Origin: TPA_inf: Saccharomyces
Lineage: Eukaryota
Direction of reading: 5' to 3'
NCBI GenBank assembly: GCA_000146045.2
Contig: BK006946.2
Span: forward strand, 224,001-288,000
DNA length: 64,000 bases
The notes beneath the pieces are model-generated. The model worked only from the letters and a program-made list of their open reading frames with translations. It searched no databases and was not told the DNA's origin. This document shows positions 60,102 to 64,000 of this stretch, piece by piece. How positions within the stretch are numbered: position 1 is the stretch's first letter; each line of letters opens with the position of its first letter. Made by a program: the position numbers and the translations under genes.

Positions 60102-60641
60102 ATGGTTAAGGTATATATTCATGACAACAAGGTTGACTCCGATTATCGCGCACCCCACAATTCTGGAACAGAACTTTCCCTGGATGAATTAGCCAAGTTA
60201 GGAGTGATTTATAAATACTGTGCAAATGAGGAAGAAGTGAATGAAATTGCTAGGCAAAGAGAATATAAAAATAGAGATGTGGTCAACATCTGCGAAGGTT
60301 CCTTCAAAAGTGAAGCAGAGTTTAATGAAAAACTAGCAACATTCTACCAAGAGCATTTACATGAAGACGAAGAAATAAGATACTGTCTCGAGGGTGCTGG
60401 ATACTTTGACGTCAGGGATGCTTCCACACCAGAGAACTGGATTAGGTGTTTGGTAGAGTCAGGTGATTTACTGATTCTTCCACCAGGCATCTATCATCGT
60501 TTCACCTTGACAACTAGCAACCACATCAAGGCCTTGAGACTGTTTAAGGACGAGCCCAAATGGCAAGCTATCAACAGGTCAAATCAGGCTGATTCATTGC
60601 CTGTACGCAAGGACTACATTGCCCTGATCAATCAGTACTAA
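60102..60641 (+). CDS. ADI1: Acireductone dioxygenase (ARD, cupin fold) of the methionine salvage pathway, 179 aa
   Basis: Cupin metal-binding motifs H..H..E...H (EHLHEDEEIRYCLEGAGYFDV ... GIYHRF). Confidence 0.93.
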   Translation: MVKVYIHDNKVDSDYRAPHNSGTELSLDELAKLGVIYKYCANEEEVNEIARQREYKNRDVVNICEGSFKSEAEFNEKLATFYQEHLHEDEEIRYCLEGAGYFDVRDASTPENWIRCLVESGDLLILPPGIYHRFTLTTSNHIKALRLFKDEPKWQAINRSNQADSLPVRKDYIALINQY

Positions 60642-61099
60642 ATACTGCATCATAATACATTATTCTTAATGTCTTACTTCTTTATATCTTTAAAGTAGCG
60701 TAGGGTGACTTCCCCGTCAAGAATGATTTTTAGTCTGTGAAATAGGAAAAGAAAAAAACACCAAAAGTGGAAAAAGAAACACCGGAAGTTTGAACGATTT
60801 TCGTATTATTTTTATATTTAGATGTTGGTCAAGTATTCATCTTTTCCTCCATTTATTTGCATACTTCTTCCATGGAGAATAGTGAAAAGTATAGGCCATA
60901 GTCGTAATATCAAAAAGCAAAGCCTTATCACTATTTATAAACATCAACAATCCTGAAAGCCAAAAACGATACGACATTTGATATTTTGATTTGGTTTCAG
61001 CGCCCTATTTTTTTTATAAAAACTATACGCATACTGTTGCATTCCTTTCTTTATAAAATTCAATAAAAAATTAATACTTTCCACAGATAAAGCTAGAGA

Positions 61100-62317
61100 A
61101 TGTCAACAACAGGTCCGTTAGATGCTACTTTAATAAGGGACGTTGCGGTTGCTACTGCCACCAAAGCATCATACGATATGAGCGATACTCTATATTCATA
61201 TCTACCCAAGGTCGACCAATTTTATATTCCTGAATGGCTTACAATGCAATTCATTGCCAACAATTTGATCAGCTTTACCCCCCTATTTTCATATGGTACC
61301 ACGATCATTAGCATTGAGAAATGCAAGACTGCTTTAGGGTTTTCAATAGATATTTGTGCCACAATGTTGATCGCTAGTATCCTAAGAATATCTTACTATC
61401 TCATTACACCGTATGAAATCACTTTGTTGAGGCAGTCATTAGTGATGATTTTTATTCAACTGATCTTGCTGAGAACAAGCTTAAAATATAGACCTGATGA
61501 GTACAAATACCAAAATCTCACCGATGTAGAGTCATTGTCACATTTGATTCACGACATATGGTTCGAGTTTTTTAGCTGCATTAATAGACCGAAATTTTTA
61601 AGTGAAGATTGGAAGAATCTGATCAAATCTCTTTCGTTCACAAATTTACTGAAATTTTCATTCAAAATTTTTTTGGCATTTTTTTATAAAATTTTGAAAT
61701 TCTTTGACCCAAATTTCAAAAGAATTGGAGCGTTTTGGCAGTGGGATGACGACAAAAATTTCTGGAGGTTTTTAGCTCTTTTTGCAACTGTACAAATATT
61801 GGTCACATTTTTCATCTCTAATATTTTAAATTGGGACTCACTAGCTCAAGGACTGGGCTCTATCATAGGGTCGTTGGGTTTATTGGTGGAGTCGCTTTTG
61901 CCGTTACCACAAATCGCCATTCTTTATAAATTGAAGTCTGTTCAAGGTTTCAAATTGATCCTTTTGGTAAGCTGGCTTTGTGGTGATACACTGAAAATCA
62001 CTTACCTGATATTTGGTGCGAAAAATATTTCTGCTTTGTTTGTTATTTTTGCATTATTTCAAATGTCATTAGACTTTTACATCGGTGGTCAATACATTTA
62101 CTACAGATACTATTATCCAAAGTTAAGGCATCAACATCACCCTAATGACAGTAATTCGCCATCAGATGAAGATGAAAGCGAAATGTACGAATTAGATCTT
62201 TTTAATACCTTACAAAAGGATGTCGAAAAGGCCTTGAAACAGGATAGTAATGATACGTCAGATTCACCTCAAGATGACCAAGTGGGTAAATCTCAGGCAC
62301 AGGCGGTAACGCTATAG
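61100..62317 (+). CDS. ANY1: PQ-loop repeat membrane protein YMR010W, 405 aa
   Basis: Multi-TM protein with PQ-loop-like segment (LLPLPQIAILYKLKS); length and synteny. Confidence 0.85.
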   Translation: MSTTGPLDATLIRDVAVATATKASYDMSDTLYSYLPKVDQFYIPEWLTMQFIANNLISFTPLFSYGTTIISIEKCKTALGFSIDICATMLIASILRISYYLITPYEITLLRQSLVMIFIQLILLRTSLKYRPDEYKYQNLTDVESLSHLIHDIWFEFFSCINRPKFLSEDWKNLIKSLSFTNLLKFSFKIFLAFFYKILKFFDPNFKRIGAFWQWDDDKNFWRFLALFATVQILVTFFISNILNWDSLAQGLGSIIGSLGLLVESLLPLPQIAILYKLKSVQGFKLILLVSWLCGDTLKITYLIFGAKNISALFVIFALFQMSLDFYIGGQYIYYRYYYPKLRHQHHPNDSNSPSDEDESEMYELDLFNTLQKDVEKALKQDSNDTSDSPQDDQVGKSQAQAVTL

Positions 62318-63299
62318 AAATTTTCAGGTTTGCAAATAAAAAAAGTTGATAGAGAGGTTTTTTTATATTTTAGATATATGCATTCATAATTCGATATATA
62401 CATGCATGCATATCTCGAGTACAATATTACCATTGTTGTAATTACTTGTTAAATATCGCCTCTTCTATTCATGTTTGAAAGGAAAAGAATGGTGTGGTTA
62501 CACCTCGGGGAAGATATTTTCACGGGCATATGGAACTAATAAATTGAACGTCACGGTAATACTACATAATACAGTATTGGCTAAACAAAATGTGCCTGAC
62601 GATATCAAAGTTTCTGTAGTGATATTCATTCCTGGTTTGCAGGCATGAAAAGATTAATATTGTCATTGAGCAATGTTCAATTATTGCCTTTTATTTAATA
62701 ACATTCTACAACCTCTGTATATAATACATATAATTCCATTTGTATCCACAATTCTCTTCATGTTGAGATATATATCTTGAGGGGTATTCGTATCGCTTGT
62801 ATACAATGATAATCGAGGTAAAACTCATGTACAGTAGTGCGGCATATTTTTCTTATTTAGTTTTTGTAGGCGGCATAGTATTACTTGCAGATTTTTTTAA
62901 AGTCCCTGAGCCCCAAAGTTCCAAAGCAACAAAAAAACATAAATCCTTTGCAGGAAAAGTAACATTTGGCAAAATTTCAACAAATTATGCCCCCCGAATT
63001 TAGCAGTGATCAATGTTAATTTGCCTACATGCTGATGCAGAGTTGTAGAAACAAAGAATTTTACCCTGTATGAAAAATTTTCTACCGATGTAATACAAAA
63101 ATGAATCATCAAAATTTTATGACGTAGGAAAAGACAGAGAAACTTTCTATTTCTTTTCTGGAGTAAAAAATTAATTATCTATTTTACTTAAACGAAGATA
63201 GGGTTTCGTAATCACGAAAGAACAAGCAAAATTCTAGTTGACAGGTCAGTTAAGGCACAGAAAAAGAAATATTATTCATTACTATCAAGATACCGTAGA

Positions 63300-64000
63300 A
63301 AAGAAAAAGAACCGGGGATGAATAATAACAAAACGGGCTGCTTTTTCTTTTTCTCTTTCTTTTTCATTTGGTCCCTCTCCACTCTTTCTCCACGTGGCTT
63401 TGCTTTCCCCGTATTTTTCTTCGTCAGAGAGACTACATGATAGTCCAAAGAAAAGAAACGGGGGGACGAAGAAGAGGAGAGGAAAAACCAAAATATAATT
63501 TTCCGTGAAATAGATTCTTTTTCTCCACTGCACGACTTCTTCTCCTCCCACAAAAAATGACGCCTCATAGACAGCCCCGCAGCTTCACTTTTAAGTTTCT
63601 TTTTCTCCTCACGGCGCAACCGCTAACTTAAGCTAATCCTTATGAATCCGGAGAAAAGCGGGGTCTTTTAACTCAATAAAATTTTCCGAAATCCTTTTTC
63701 CTACGCGTTTTCTTCGGGAACTAGATAGGTGGCTCTTCCACCTGTTTTTCCATCATTTTAGTTTTTCGCAAGCCATGCGTGCCTTTTCGTTTTTGCGATG
63801 GCGAAGCAGGGCTGGAAAAATTAACGGTACGCCGCCTAACGATAGTAATAGGCCACGCAACTGGCGTGGACGACAACAATAAGTCGCCCATTTTTTATGT
63901 TTTCAAAACCTAGCAACCCCCACCAAACTTGTCATCGTTCCCGGATTCACAAATGATATAAAAAGCGATTACAATTCTACATTCTAACCAGATTTGAGAT
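63300..64000 (+). promoter_or_regulatory. Promoter of the next rightward gene (HXT2, ATG just beyond the window): Rgt1-type CGGAGAA (63648-63654) adjacent to Mig1-type A-rich+GCGGGG (63651-63663), second GCGGGG on the bottom strand at 63574-63580, TATA-like TGATATAAAAAG at about 63952-63963
   Basis: Motifs read directly; glucose-repression architecture known for HXT2. Confidence 0.5.

Noticed and set aside
63272-63619. Lys/Glu-rich 115-aa and 88-aa minus-strand ORFs
   Set aside because: Polypurine/polypyrimidine promoter DNA upstream of the next gene; low-complexity translation and no start-context support

Overview
The window reads as Saccharomyces cerevisiae nuclear DNA from chromosome XIII, running from the RPS18B/YML6 intergenic region on the left arm through CEN13 to just upstream of HXT2, colinear with chrXIII ~224,001-288,000 of the S288C reference. 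The protein sequences are recognisable and the gene order YML025C through YMR010W is intact. I annotate 35 protein-coding loci, among them three intron-containing genes (YML6, RPS17A, PSP2) whose exon 1 is missed by the ORF track, and the VRL1 locus, which is split into YML003W/YML002W by the S288C-type frameshift. The window also holds one tRNA-Ser(AGA) gene with a degenerate Ty delta LTR remnant beside it, the point centromere CEN13 (CDEI-CDEII-CDEIII) and the YAP1 uORF. Regulatory features I can support are ribosomal-protein promoters with tandem Rap1 sites, Reb1, STRE, Mig1 and Rgt1 sites, plus several coding and non-coding simple repeats. The ORF track labels TTG/GTG/CTG starts as M, so several true ATG starts (NSE5, YML020W, TAF11, ERV25, SPT5, GLO1, YML003W, YPT7, PLB2) lie internal to the listed ORFs; coordinates below are corrected. 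I find no evidence of a novel or foreign system. ORF lengths match the known proteins, and the spacing between the RPS17A start, CEN13 and the HXT2 promoter fits an unmodified reference arrangement. The most noteworthy items are the VRL1 frameshift, a perfect 13-bp inverted repeat inside the unusually long branchpoint-to-3'ss segment of the PSP2 intron, the uncharacterised putative hydrolase YML020W, a GC-elevated block with a 155-aa ORF upstream of PLB1, and the tRNA/LTR hotspot. All are offered as observations on a well-studied region, not as discoveries.
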